64,000 nt of DNA, from contig JAHRHZ010000082.1 in assembly GCA_024137785.1 (NCBI GenBank), positions 8,587,727 through 8,651,726 on the forward strand. Direction: 5' to 3'. A model generated the notes under the pieces. The model was not told the DNA's origin, did no database searches, and worked only from the letters and a program-made list of their open reading frames with translations. Each line of letters opens with the position of its first letter. The stretch's first letter is position 1. Below, in pieces: positions 12,806 to 25,898 of this stretch. This stretch comes from Ginglymostoma cirratum. Taxonomy: Eukaryota. The position numbers and the translations under genes are program-made.

Positions 12806-13330
12806 AACAGACCATTCGGCCCCACAAGCCTGTTTCAACATTCAACGAGTTGATGGCTGACCCTTACATCAGCTAATTTGCGTGATTGATCTGTACCCCT
12901 CATTTAAAAAAAAGACTTTTGATTCTCAGTCATGGGTATTTTAAATTAACTCAAAATCTAGTATTTTTGAACAGCCATTTCCAGATTCTCATTAACTATT
13001 TTGTGTTTCCTGGGTGCCATTTTTTGGGATTTCCCGACAAAAGAAAGTAAGTTCTCTATACCTACTCTATCAAATCCTTTTGACATTTTAAGTAACTCAA
13101 TTAATCTCACTTTAAAGCTGAAATGTAAGTGAGTGCGACCCAAGTTCAGGCATCCTGACCTTTTAATTCATCCCTTTAATTACTGAGATCATTCTGGTGA
13201 ATCTGTGTTGTAACCCACCCTTGTCAGTTTCCAGAGGTGCAATGCCCAAACTTGAACACTACTCCAGATGAGAATCTGATGAAAGCTCTGCAGCACTGAA
13301 ATGTAACTTTCTTTCCTTTTTATTCTAAAC
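12806..13330 (-). mobile_element. Degenerate CR1 LINE 3' fragment
   Basis: Peptides LIELLKMSKGFDRVGIENLLSFVG and LIWSSVQVWALH, plus the CR1 tail ACCATTCGGCCCCACAAGCCTGTTTCAACATTCAA. Confidence 0.72.
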
Positions 13331-14762
13331 CTACAAACCCCACAACTGACAAAATTAAAATAAAGGTGAAGACCCATATGCCTACTCCATGACCTGAACC
13401 TAAAGCTGTGTTACAACCAGGTGAGGAGTAGTCCATGGCGCTCATCCCTTTTTTAACTAGGTGGGTCACGACATTTTTTTTGATTGTGTGTGGAAACTTC
13501 CAGGGGTCTGAATGACAGCAGCTATGGTGGGATGTGTGGCAGAATCAGGCAACAAGTGCAGCATGGCCCACTTTTTATGTGTTTGCAGCTGTCATGTGGT
13601 CCACTTGCTTGTTCAGGACCATTGTACCTAGCTGAACTTTATATGTCACTGGACCTGACCTTGCGTCGACCGTGCCTCTTACCAATGCAGGGTCATTCCC
13701 ATGGTTCCTACACCAAACTTTGCCTGCTGAAGTAAACTGTCTATCTGGCTTAGAAGACTCTCATGTCTAGCATTGCAGTTTCACCTCCCCACCAAACCGC
13801 ACCCCCACACCCCCCCCGCCCCCTGGTCCGGGGAGATCAGGTATAAGCTGGTGCGGAGTCTTCTCCCCATTTACAACTCTGCTGGAGCTATCCCTGTAGT
13901 TGTATGAGGGGTGGTCCTGTAATCAAATAGGAACTGGGACAGTTTGGTTTCTAGTGAAGCTGTAAGGCTGTTTCTTTAAGCCTGCCTTCAAAGTTTGGAC
14001 TGTTCTTTCTTCCAGACCATTGGATGATGGATGATTTGGACCTGTCCTTATATGTTGAATTCCATGTGACTTCCCTGCTGTTAAAGGATGGCCCGTTATC
14101 TGTGAGCAATATTTCTGGGAGTCCATGTGTTGCAAAATCTGCACACAGTTTTTCTATTGTCATCCTCATGTGTGACGAATGAGCTCCTTGCACATCCAGC
14201 CACTTTGAGTTGGCATCCACAGTGACTAAGAACACTGTGCCCGAGAAAGGACCTACATTGTTTACATGGAACCGAGTCCAGGGTTTACCAAGCCATTTCC
14301 ATGAAAGTGGGGGAGCTGCTTGTGGTAATTTTTTCCTTGTTGACACCCTCTCCCATCAAAGCAGCTACATCAGCATCCAATCCTGGCCACTAGACATAAT
14401 ATCACACCAACATCTTCATTTTGGAAACTCCTGGATTGCCCTGGTGGAGTTCAGCCAGTATTTGGTGATGACCTGTGCTCGGAACAATCACTCTTGCTCC
14501 TCATAATAATATGCCATCCTATACTGTAATCTGGTCTCTCCATGTCCAAAAAGGTTTCAGTTCTGGTTGCAATAGTGCTTTGGTTTCCCCCATTACCACC
14601 AGCTCTTTCAGTTTTGTCAGGACCAGATCCTTCCGTGTCCTAAGTCTGGTATTGTCAACTGTGACTGGAAAGGTGTCCAGAAAATTTAATCCCATCACGG
14701 ATACTTCCAGCAGCGGTACCGCCAGTGGTGTATCCAACAGCGGGAGTGAATGCCCTGGACCG

Positions 14763-15090
14763 AGTGGGAAGATGTTTCCATTGGTAGGAGAGACTAGGGC
14801 CCAAGGACACAGACTTAGACTAAAGGGAAGACCTTTTCGAATGGAGATAAGGAGAAACTTCTTCAGTCAGAGAGTGGTGAATCTATGGAATTCACTGCCA
14901 CAGAAGGCTGTGGAGTCCAGGTCATTGAGTATATTTAAGATGGAGATAGATAGGTTCTTGATTATCAAGGGGATCAAGGGTTACGGGGAGAAAGCGGGAG
15001 AATAGGGTGGAGAAACTATCAGCCATGACTGAATGGGAGCAGACTCGATGGGCTGAATGGCCTAATTTCTGTTCCTATGTCTTATGGTCT
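14763..15090 (+). mobile_element. Young CR1 LINE 3' end nested in Gypsy pol
   Basis: Open frame GKMFPLVGETRAQGHRLRLKGRPFRMEIRRNFFSQRVVNLWNSLPQKAVE to the stop at 15005, then a 3' UTR ending CCTATGTCTTATGGTCT. It interrupts the RNaseH/IN linker just after ADTLNRLP. Confidence 0.92.
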
Positions 15091-16515
15091 AATGGGAGAC
15101 GGTTCAATGTATCTGCATTTGCTACTTGGCCTTCCAGACAGTGTTACCATGTGTAATTATACACACTTAGTATTAGAGCCCTCAGCTGAATTCAACCTGA
15201 AGCTATAGGTGGCACTGCCTTGTCCTCTTTAAGTAGCAGGGGTTATTATTACAAATTTATATCTGCAAAGATATTGGTGGAACTTCCTGATTCCAAATAT
15301 GACCGCCATAACTTCCTTTTCTATCTGGGCATATTTACACTCTGCATTAGCCAAAGTCCCGGATGCATATGCTATTGGGCCACCCACTCCATTGAACTAA
15401 TACTACCCCAATGCCATACGGGAAGGCTTCGCATGTCAATACCAGATCTCACCTGGGCTCATAGTGTACCAAGATTTTAGAGGATGATAGCTGTTCCTTC
15501 ACTTCCTTGAAAGCTCTGGCTTAGCTATGAGACTAATTTCAAGGCGTTCCCTTTTATAAGTGTTGAAGCAAAGGTGTCAGGATGGAGGCCAGGATATTTT
15601 TGAACTTTCTGTAATAATTCACCAGCCCAAGGAAAGACCTAAGCTCCAGTACTGATGTGGTAGCTGCAGCACCTTTGATCACCCTCACTTTATCTTCCAA
15701 TGGGTGTAACCTGGTCTTGTCAACTCTATAGCTCAAGTAGGCGACTTGAGGTGCCTGGAACACACACTTTTTTCCTTCTAAGGCATATGCTCACTTGGGA
15801 GAAACATCAAAGGGCTACGTCCATGATCTTAACTAGTTTTGGTCTTCCCGGTTATTAGCACATCATCTGGATAAATGGCCATCTGGGGTAGACCTTGTAA
15901 AATGTTCTCCATCGTCCGCTGGAACATTGCACAAGCTCTTGATACCCAAAATGGGAGGCTTGCATATTGGTACAAAACCTAACGTGTATTATTTGTAGCA
16001 TACTTCTGAGAATCCTCATGTAACCATAACTGCAAGTGTGCATGGCACATGCCCGGGTTTATGAAGGACAACCCCCCTGCTAGCTTTGTGTATAAATCCT
16101 CAATGCAAGGGTTTGGGCATTTATCCAGCTGCAAAAAAATGGTTTACTATTTGTTTAAAATTCCCACAAAGGCATACCGACCTGTTGGGCTTCACAATCA
16201 GTTGAATGGTGCTGCCCCTTGCTCAAACGAGACTGGTTTGATGATTCATTCACTTTCCAGCCTTCAGACCTCTGTCTCTACGTTTGCCTGTAAGGCAAAT
16301 GGCTTTGGGTGGGCTTTGGAGAATTGTAGAATTGCTTCCTGGTCAACATGTAAGGTGACGTTATTTCCTTTCCACTAGCTGAGTCTAAACTTTAATGGCA
16401 AGATCAATGAGTCAAGCTTCCCAAATAATGCAATGATGCCAGAAATACTTACCCCAATTCAAAGACCACTGTTGTGAGCGAATTTCATTAGGACCATGCT
16501 TTTCTCCATCACCAC

Positions 16516-16747
16516 TGAAATAATTCCACAGGGACTGGTATCTCATCACCATGTCACCCTTTGTTTATACATGGAGAATCCTTGACACTGATCCAGCTCC
16601 ATCAGATTCAACTCTTAGAGTGAACAGGACATCCGACAGTCGTGCTTATATCTGTCAGCCAGGGCCCCCTGGACCAGACTAACAGCCCCAATTAGCGAAC
16701 TCATATTCTATGAGATGCACATGGATGACCTCGTTACACTCACTACA
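16516..16747 (-). repeat. 5' LTR of the Gypsy element, followed by a PBS-like TGGTGATGGA (16514-16505)
   Basis: Minus strand TGTAGTGAGTGTAAC...GAATTATTTCA, then G and TGG. Homologous to 11988-12216. Confidence 0.78.
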
Positions 16748-16749
16748 CC

Positions 16750-16975
16750 AACCATATTGAATGACCTCATTGGAAATGTACAGAGGTGAAGTCAAGATAT
16801 TGTATGCAGCACAACAATGTTCAAACAACTGAACTGCAAAACTCTTCAAGTTCTACTTGCACCACATGTAGCAGAGTCTGCAGATCACATGTTGGACTTA
16901 TCAGCTGTCTGAGAACCATCGAATCAGAGTGCAACTTAGCCATCCTGAATCCCAGGGATTTTCTAAGTAGAAAGA
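16750..16975 (+). mobile_element. RTE-clade LINE 3' end
   Basis: Peptide TCTTCSRVCRSHVGLISCLRT is the terminal C2H2-like finger typical of RTE ORFs. Homologous to the minus-strand end at 3690-3810. Confidence 0.7.
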
Positions 16976-19900
16976 GAATTGTCTGTAAAGAACATCCAAT
17001 AGTCGTAAAATGCTCTATGCAAACACAGGACTTTCTTTCCTTAGTTTTAAAAGTTGTACTGTCTATTTGGTTGAATACTATCAAGCTAATTTTTATCAAA
17101 CCAGTCAGTATGTATAGAAGGTAGTTCACTCATGTATTGCCAAATTCAGAATAATCTACAATAGAGACATCGTCATTATTAATTCTGCCTGTGCTAAATT
17201 TTACAGGAGTTCAAAATGTGCTAAGTGAAAAAGGTTCAATAAAGTTGCACATGTTATCCATCAAACTTGGAATATTCTGAAACCTGAAATGGCCTTTTTT
17301 TCCATAAGGAAGTATCAGATTTCATCTTGTCCTGAGCACAGCAATATTTTTCATTCCCATTCCTTCTGATCTACATTGTTTGCGTCATGGTCTCCATTGT
17401 GTACATTTCCTTTAATACTTTGTGCTTGCAGTAAATACTACAGCCTGTATTATTGAATCCATTAATATATTGTAAAGGGCTATTGTTCTTAATACTAGTG
17501 CACAAGATATCTTGGCTTTACTCATTCAACATTACAAGTTGGCATAATTTGAACTACTTTCAGTTGGCTTTGTATTAATTGATACTTGATCCAATTCAGA
17601 AAGACTTAGAATGACACCGAGTAGCTGGGCTGCCTTGTCTTTGCAACAAAGTCAAAAACAACATAATACTTTCAATTGGCCGGTTCTTTAAAATTTACTG
17701 CTAGAAGCAGATGGACAAAAAGGATAGTGAAGCCCCATCAGTCTGCTAAGATTGCATTGTAGACAACCTTGGACAAAGTGAAAGCACTTTCACCAGCTTG
17801 GAATGGATCTACTAGAAAGTCCTCAAAGTGTTTGCCATGTCTTTGTTGTGTATCTTTCCTTCCATTGTATTATCATCCATCAGGACAAAACTAGAAATAC
17901 AATTTTTTCCAGAAGAGGGATGAGTTAACTTTCACGCATGGCCAGGTGAGTTGTGTGTGTGTACTGTGGTTGCAATGCTTCCTGAAAGCAGGGAAAATAA
18001 GGGTAGATGGTGTCAAGTGGTATTCCAGACTGAATGGCGTGCCATAAATCTGCAAAATGCTCATGCATTCTGTTAAACTTTTCAACATAGCCAGTGAGTG
18101 ATATCAGTCATTCAACGAAAAGATCTTCTTAAAGAACTCTCTGACTTTGCATTATTACACAGGATTGAAGCCACGCATGAGAATTAGGACAGGAATAGAA
18201 ATGGAGAGATGGACTTGCAATAGATATCTTTGCCTGACAATTCTTACCATATGGGTGTGGAGGGTTACGTGCTTTTTGAAAACAAGACTGAATCAATGCA
18301 ATTCTTCAAATTACTCTTAAAGGAAAGGAAAAAAATCAATGAAGCCCGTATTTTTGTTTTGGGGAAAATGGCTACTTATAATAGTGAGCTAACTGACATC
18401 AGTTCCTCAAATTACAGGCTATGGGGATTAAACTTGACTTGAAGATTCTGAATTCTGCAAGCCACCCTGCTGTCAGGAATATATGTTTTATAATCAAGAT
18501 TGGTGGCCAATTCAAATTTATTTCTGCACCACACCCTGTTGTCTGATTTTTTTCCACCCTGTTGTGCTCCATATCAGCATTTAAAACCACAAAACTTGGC
18601 AAATTTCAGAAGTTGCAACTTAAAAGTGAAATTGTTATTTTGTGTGAAGGTGGGCAGACTTTTTTCCCATTCTTTATGCATATAGTGGATAGAAAGACAG
18701 ATAAATAAATGAACAAATATCATTCAGTCTACAACCTCCTCTCTCATTCTGTTGGCCCTGAAAGTGCATATCAACCTACCACTTCAAAGTTACCATGAGG
18801 CAAATAGTAGTTCTTGATCTGTTTTGGACTAAATAAGAGCTTTCAATATAAATTCAGAACATCTCTCCAGTGGAACCACAAGCAAAGCAAAATCTGCAGG
18901 AAAAAATCCATCTTTCTCTTCCTCTAACATTTTTTTTGGCACGGCTGCTGATTATGTATGCATTGCAAGGTCTGAGATGCGCTGCTGGCCCCCCAGGCAT
19001 AACTGGTCACCAGCCCAATTTACAGAATTGTAGATAGGGAGAAAATCATATTTGATAGAATGACTGCATTACACTTGCATCATGAAATGAACACCCATAA
19101 TCTACCACATAACGGTAACACTATTTATAGAGACCCCCTGTCTTCAGTTCCAGAGAATGGAAATTTCAGTGCCAAGATAGACATGCATAATTTTTTGTCA
19201 CACGAATGTCACAAACAACTAACATAGCAATGTCTGGATATTATGAAGACAGTTGTTCAATTACATTTTCGAGTACCCGAGCAAACAAACAAAAGGGATT
19301 TGTCAAAATGTTTTTGGTGTTAACCTTTAAGCTCCATTGGTACTTAAATTTCTTCAATAGGAGCCTTCATACAGGGATCAAATAGCAAATCCTGTGCCAG
19401 ATTTTATGACCCGTGTCATGGTGTGTTCCTTTCTTATTAAATGTTATATCTCAAGATTGAATTGCTTCAGCTTTGTCCACTTCATAATAATCTCCATTAA
19501 GAATTCTGTTGACTTTAATTCTTGTAGCTGTTAGGCAATAAAAGTTATATTCTATAAAATGTTGGGAACATTCAGTACTCAAAGATTTAATTAGTAATGG
19601 ATCCACTTTTAAGCATCTAATTTAATAAATCAATGAGCTAATTACTGAGGGATATACCTTTAAACATGTGATTTAATGACCTAAGGATTTGACAATTATG
19701 GAACCCATTACTGAGTGATCATCTGATATTTTAAAACTACAACGTACACAATTCTTTAATAACTTTACTGCAGTTGTTAACAAGCCACAATGAGATTTTT
19801 TTTAAAAGGTGCCAAGAGCTCAAAGCACTCACAAGTAAAGTAAGTATTTACTATTGAGAGAAACATATGTAGAACAATGCCAGTTAGTGAAGTCGGTTCT

Positions 19901-20429
19901 AAACATAGGTAGGCTTCTTATACCAAAGTCTGAATACTCTGCAATACCCCAGGTATTCTGTAAGACCCTGGCTGTTCAAAACCATAGGGAAATAATTGTA
20001 GCAGATTAATGAAGTTTTATTAATTGAATCACATAATTAATACATTGTTTACCAATATGTATTGAAGATCACTGCACCTGTCAGAACAAATCAAGAAAAA
20101 GAAAAATTCATAATGAAAAACTGGAACCAATAACAGGCCCATTAGCATTCAAAAGAAAAAGCTCAATTAACATTTATACTGGGGACGAAATAGAAGCTTA
20201 AATCTTTTGGTCAAATGGATTCAAACTGATAAATAGTTTATAAGATATTAAAGTAACAATGAAGAAATAATATTTTTCTGGTTATGGTCGTCTTGCCTTT
20301 AGCTCACTTCCATAATGTGTTGCTTCTTGGCTGACAGTATAGTCAGCAAGACTGATTTTCAGGACTCTGGTTCAGCTTTTCTGAAACCAGGAGTTAGGGA
20401 GATGCATGAAAGCAGGACAAAATCATTCG

Positions 20430-21130
20430 TTCTTCCATTTCTGATCTCAGCAGAGATTCACAAAGCAGCCCTTGGGATGGTTGACCACACCGCTTTCGTC
20501 AACTATCTTCTGTCCATCATCCGGTCGCGTGGGACTGCATTTGCCCGGTTACATTCATACATAGCCAGTCATAGCCACCTGCAGTGACATATCTTCCTCC
20601 TCATTATGTCTGGTGTTACCCTTGGATTTTCCTTGGGTCCCCTCATTTCTAATCTATATGCTTCCCATTGGAGATATCATCCAGAAACACAATGTTCCAT
20701 ATATATGTTGATGACACCAGACTCTATCTCTTCAGCAGTCCTTTCAACTCCTTCATTAACTCTAAAATCTGGATGAACAGAAAATATCCTCCAACTAAAT
20801 ATTGTGAAGAATGAAGCCATTGTCTTCAGTCTTCTCCAGAAAGCTCTATACCCAACACTGGCCCATTCCTCTCCCTAGCAATTCCCTAGTAATGTCAATA
20901 TAGACTGTTAAGTACGACCCCAAGTTGAGCTCCTAACCACTTTTCCACACCATCACTAAAATTGTCCAATTCTAACTCCATGATATTTCCCAATGCCCTA
21001 GCTTCAAGTCATCTACCATTGAAGCCTTTGTCCATGCCTTTATTATGTCTAGGTTTTTAATATTCCAGTACACATCTGGCTGGCCTTCTGTCTTCCATCC
21101 TTCTTAAATTTAAGATTACCCTAAACTCAC
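20430..21130 (+). mobile_element. Degenerate L2 LINE RT fragment
   Basis: Decayed motifs AALGMVDHT (AAFDTVDH), GTAFARLHSY (GTALAWFHSY), TCTGGTGTTACCCTTGGA..CTTGGGTCCCCTC (SGVPQGS.LGPL), LIYMLPIGDIIQKH and YVDDTRLYL. Confidence 0.82.
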
Positions 21131-23637
21131 CCAAAGTTGTTGGGTGGGGGTGAGCCTAACCTCCATATGCTATTTCGTCCTTGCAGTCTGGTGGAGGTTA
21201 GTAACTTACAGAGTAGGCCAACAGCTATGAAAATCTCTCTTCAAAAAAATCCAGGGCAGTTGCCAATAAGCTACATAATTTGGATTAAGCAAACAGAAAT
21301 GTGCTCTTTGAGCCTATGTTTTGGTGCAATAAAACAGTTCAGAAGGGGTTTAAAAATGTATTTAAATAGTACTTGAGCAAAGAAAACAAAATCTTTTTTA
21401 TTCAAAAGGAAACATTAAGAAGCAAAACGGTTAACAGCTTTCGTATCTGTGGGTGTCTCTCTCCCTCTGCTCTGCTATTTCAGACATCCTGGTCTCACAT
21501 GTTAATCAGTAACAATCACTAATCTACATAGCTGAAGATGACTAGCTCTGGCTGCCATTAGTCGCTCCCAGCTATCAGCGGCTGATGAAAATGGTGGATA
21601 TTTAACCACCGTAGTCAGTGATCAGCCACGGTTTAATGAGAAGCCTGAAGTGGATTAAATTCCTTTCAGCGATAAGCATCAGCCCCCAGTCCCGTCCATC
21701 CCTCTTGAGTAAAGCCATGAACGTCTACTCGGGTCTCAGTTGTTGCTGCCACAATAGCCGACATATCTTTTGTGGCATTAACGGATCGGGGAACAATGTG
21801 TGAGAAGGCTGGGCTGCAGGTTTCCCACACGGCCGATCAGGTCCTGCACCCCCTGGGAGACTGCTCAGTGGAACCTGTGGCGGCTTGAGCACAGCTGATC
21901 CCATCTTGATTTGCTTTTCAGTGTGCTCCTGTGGGCAAAATCCTTTTGTCCTATGAACGAGAGGTGTGGCAGGCGATTAAATCACTATGTCATATGACGG
22001 TCAATTCCATGGGGATTAGGCCTCTGTTTTCAGATATTAGTTTTTTTGGAGAGGGCTCATTTACATCCTACAGCTGGTATGAGGTTCACTTGCCCTGGAA
22101 TTATGTTGCAACTAGTCAACTGAAAAATGGAAACTTAGCTTTATTGCTCACGGTAGATTTAAAGGCACAGTGCCCTTTTTAATGAGTATTTTAGAAGATT
22201 TTAAAGATACATGGGAAAATAAGCCCACTTAACATTCCTTGAAAAGCTGATCTTTGCTGCTACAGAAACAGCACTACCTGTTAAATATGTCAGTCACAGA
22301 CTCCACAGAAAAATCATGACAAAAAACATTTGCCTAATTAATGAGACATTTTTAACAAGCATTTGAAAGAATGCGGTAAATGTTTTAATTTTTCATGATT
22401 TCACACTGTGATAATTTGCTTCAGAAAAGAAACCTTAAATGCAGCTAAGTATTTCAGAGCGTATTAAATTCAAAAACCATTGCTGAACTGAGCAGGTACA
22501 AAAGTTTACTTCATTAGGCAGGCAAAGTAAGATTATGTATACCAAGGGCGAAGAAATTCCGAGCAGAAACATTACAAGCGACACAATTATATGTAAAGCT
22601 GTAAGCTTCGGGAAGAGCTGAGGGTCGGCTCAGCACGCTCACCCTCAACTTGTGTGATTGCAGCAAGCAAAGTAAGATTCAGATTTTTAAAAATAATCTT
22701 CAAAATCACATTGATAGATAAAAAAATAATTCTGTGTGGCTCATAAACAATGAAGATGAACTAATTATTGTTGGTTAATAAGACAGAAATTTGGCTACAC
22801 TGTTATTAGATTTAGGGAGCCAAACTTAAAGAAAAATACAAAGCAGCTCTCATTAATTACAGGCAGGAGCACTTCAGTTAAGTGGAGCATGTTTTTTCTG
22901 GGATGCTAAGTTTTGGTAGAGTGTCGTTAAGGACATGGGTGCTGACTGTGTGAATCGACTGGGCATTGTTCTTTTTTTCTTTTTATTTTACCCCACATGC
23001 ATTGAAAGACAAATCCTAATCAAGGGGCTTTCAGGCTGTCAGCAGCTAAGGCTCTCAGTGTGGCGCATATCAAACTGCCGTCAAGCCATTGTAATAATGA
23101 CAGCTGACTTCATGCAGCAATGAGAACAGTTTTGTACATAACTCTACAGCACAAAGGCAGGCAGCTGCAGCTTTAACCCCTTCCAAACCAAACATTTCAC
23201 TCTAGCAATGTAGGCGAGATTGCGCCACTTGTTATTGGAGCAAGTTGTGTTCAGGAGATGTTTACAAACTTATTTTGAATGTATCATTGACTCCATGAGA
23301 GTTGGTGCAGATATATGACTCCAATGCATCACAGCCCTTTCCTTTGGCCCTTCATGGTACAGAATTGCTCAACCAGGAATGCAAATATTTTATCTTGATC
23401 CAGGAAAAGTATTTTTTTCCAATTTTCTTGCGGTCAGGAAAATTGCAGGAAGAGTTTCATGCATAAAGATCTTGTTTGTGGAATGGAACTTTGTTAATAA
23501 TTTTTGAAAAATTGTGCAATTGTTTAGATTCATTTTAAGGGCTCCCAAGCAAAGAGCAATGCTCACAGACATTGGGTATCATCTGTGTGAAGCACAAGAT
23601 ATTTTTCATGATGTTGCCTGTGATTTTATGGCACTAG

Positions 23638-24073
23638 GAAAAGAAAGACTTGCATTTATGTTGCACCTTTCATAATCTAAGGACATTGCATAATGTTTAA
23701 CAGCCAAATATTTTTTTAAAGAATAACCACTGTAAGGATGAAGGAAATCAGTCAATTTGTACACGCCAAGCTACCAGAGCCAGCAACGGAATAAATGAGC
23801 AGATTATCTATTTTAAGTATTGGTGCAGAGATAAATGTTGGCCAAGACGTCAGGAGAATTCCCCTGCAGTTCTTTAAACATTGTTGTGTGAGCTTTTATA
23901 TTCAGTTGAAAGGACAGGTTTAATATATCATCGAAACGATGTACTTCTGATAATGCAGCACTCCTGTTGTCGTGCACTGAAGTGTTGGCCTGGAATTGCT
24001 GTTCAAATCTTTGGAGTGTGACCTAAACCCATAATACCTGTGTCTTAGAGGTGAGTGGGCTTTCACTGAGCCA
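23638..24073 (-). mobile_element. SacSINE1/DeuSINE-like SINE, near full length
   Basis: Minus-strand tRNA-like head GTGGCTCAGTG...CACTCACCTCTAAGAC. Deu-like block on plus: TAATGCAGCACTCCTG..GTGCACTGAAGTGTTGGCCTGGA. L2-like tail AAAGACTTGCATTTATGTTGCACCTTTCA. Confidence 0.72.
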
Positions 24074-24820
24074 CAAATCAGAGCTTCAGAAAAATACCTG
24101 TTCAAAGACTGTCTTAAGACCTTTTAGTTATATGGGACTTTTGGTAACTATTTGAAATCAGTGGTTCCAGTTGTTCAAAGTTGATTGCAGAGAGCAATAT
24201 TTGCAAGTAAGATATCTTGGGAAATCTCTATCCATCAGAGATGTTAGCTCAAAGGCACATCCCTTCTGCAAATTACTTAATAAACTGACGTCCCACAAAT
24301 ATTGGAAAGTGATCATTTTTTTACTTCAATCAAAGAAATCTCATGAACAAGAGTCCAAGTATAATATTTATTTTTTCAGAGTATGTTACTGTGCATTTGC
24401 AGCTATGTAATTCAATCACATAAACTGGTCGGCACATGAATTGTTTGTTTGGTAAGATAATCCCTAAAGGAATTGCTCACAAGGAGGTGAGGCTGTGTGT
24501 AAGCTCCAGGTGACAGTTTTAGAAGCAGGGAATGTTTGGATCAGGGCATATAAATAGTAGGTAATGGAGCCGGTGCAGGGATAATGGGCTGAATATTTCC
24601 TTCTACACCGTAACGATTCTGTGATTCTGTCACATAATGTGTCTTCCATTTTAAAATTATCCTTTGGGCCTTACTTTTATATTTCCATTAAAAATGTGAG
24701 CATGGAAATTTATAAGAGGAGAAGTTGGGCCAAGTTGGGCCCTATAGTTAATTGAATGCAAGATTTGATTTCGGTTCCATGGCCCTCTACTTCTTTGTGT
24801 ATTAGTTGACAAGACTAATT

Positions 24821-25148
24821 GGCAACACGGTGGCTCAGTGGTTAGCACTGCTGCCTCGCAGCGCCAGGAACCTAGGTTTGATTCCAGCCTCAGACGACTG
24901 TCTGTGTGGAGTTTGCACGTTCTTCCCATGTTGGCGTGAGTTTCCTCCGGGTGCTCTGGTTTCCTCCCAAAGTCCAAAGATGTGCAGGCTAGGTGGATTG
25001 GCCAAGCTAAATTGCCTGTAGTGTTCAGCGATGTGTAGCTTAGGTGGGTTATAGGGGGATGGGTCTGGGTGGGATACTCCAAGGGTTGGTGTGGACTTGT
25101 TGGGCCAAAGGGCCTGTTTCCACATTGTAGGGATTCTATGATCTATGA
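24821..25148 (+). mobile_element. HE1-like SINE, full length and young
   Basis: GGCAACACGGTGGCTCAGTGGTTAGCACTGCTGCCTCGCAGCGCCAGGAACCTAGGTTTGATTCC head. Core GTGTGGAGTTTGCACGTTCTTCCC...TCCAAAGATGTGCAGG. Tail GATTCTATGATCTATGA. Confidence 0.92.
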
Positions 25149-25530
25149 CTGCCTCTATTGATGCAACATATTAAGAAAGGAACGTCGTGCAAACTTCCTA
25201 TCGACATGTTTCCATTATAAAATGCTTTGCCCACCATTCCTTGGGTGGTAAGCAAGATGGGGTGTGAGTACACTCTATGTGTTGGTACATTGTGGTGGAA
25301 CTATGACAGATGCTGGACCAGGATTTAAGAGCTACAGGACTGCAAAGCTATCCTCTCCTCCTGGCTGTGGAGGTGACAATATTTTCAATTGCTATGCAAA
25401 TGGCCTGCTTGTATGCCCAGATCAGGTTTTTGATTCCAAACAGTCTGGCTGCCTCATTTGGGTAGTTTTGTTGACACATTCAAACTTCACTCTGTATGGC
25501 ATAAACGTTTATGAAAAGAAACAGGTTTTT

Positions 25531-25898
25531 TTGATGTTTATAAAATCATGAGGGGCATGGATAGGGTGAATAGCCAAGGTATTTTCCCCAGGAGTAGGCA
25601 AGTACAATACTAGAGGGCAGAGGTTTAAGGTGAAAGGGGAAAGATTTAAAAAGGACCTAAGGGGCAACTTTTCACGCAGAAGGTGGTGCGTGTATGGATA
25701 GTGCTGCCAGATGGCCGGTACCATTATAACATTTAAAAGGCATCTGGATGGGTATATGAATAGCAAGTATTTAGAGGGATTTGGGCCAAATGCTGGCAAA
25801 TCGGACTAGATTAATTTAGGATATTGGGTCAGCATGGACAGGTTGGACCGAAGGATCTGTTTTCATGCTGTACATCTGTGCGACTTGATGATTCTATA
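25531..25898 (+). mobile_element. CR1 (HER1-like) LINE 3' fragment
   Basis: GTTTATAAAATCATGAGGGGCATGGATAGGGTGAAT...ACTAGAGGGCAGAGGTTTAAGGTGAAAGGGGAAAGATTT reads VYKIMRGMDRVN..TRGQRFKVKGERF, followed by a 3' UTR. Confidence 0.88.

Larger units (their letters stand above)
13480..16747 (-). mobile_element. Degenerate Gypsy/Ty3 LTR retrotransposon (5' LTR, PBS, deleted gag/PR, RT-RNaseH-IN); no adjacent 3' LTR
   Basis: RT VAIYPDDVLITG at about 15850-15885. RT thumb ELRSFLGLVNYYRKF in 15554-15763. Integrase WKWLGKPWTRFHV..GPF..FLVTVDANSKW..HGLPEILLTDNG in 13951-14346 and HPSSNGLEERTVQTLK in 13923-14144. Domain order RT-RH-IN. Many stops and frameshifts. Confidence 0.92.

Noticed and set aside
14475-15005. 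176-aa ORF as a host gene
   Set aside because: Chimeric: the first half is antisense Gypsy pol and the second half is the nested CR1 ORF2 C-terminus.
21843-21860. CTCF-like motif (CTCCCAGGGGGTGCA on minus)
   Set aside because: Several mismatches at core positions; not supportable without a PWM scan.
24821-24895. tRNA gene
   Set aside because: The A/B boxes belong to an HE1 SINE head and run straight into the SINE body. The same applies to the other tRNA-like heads.
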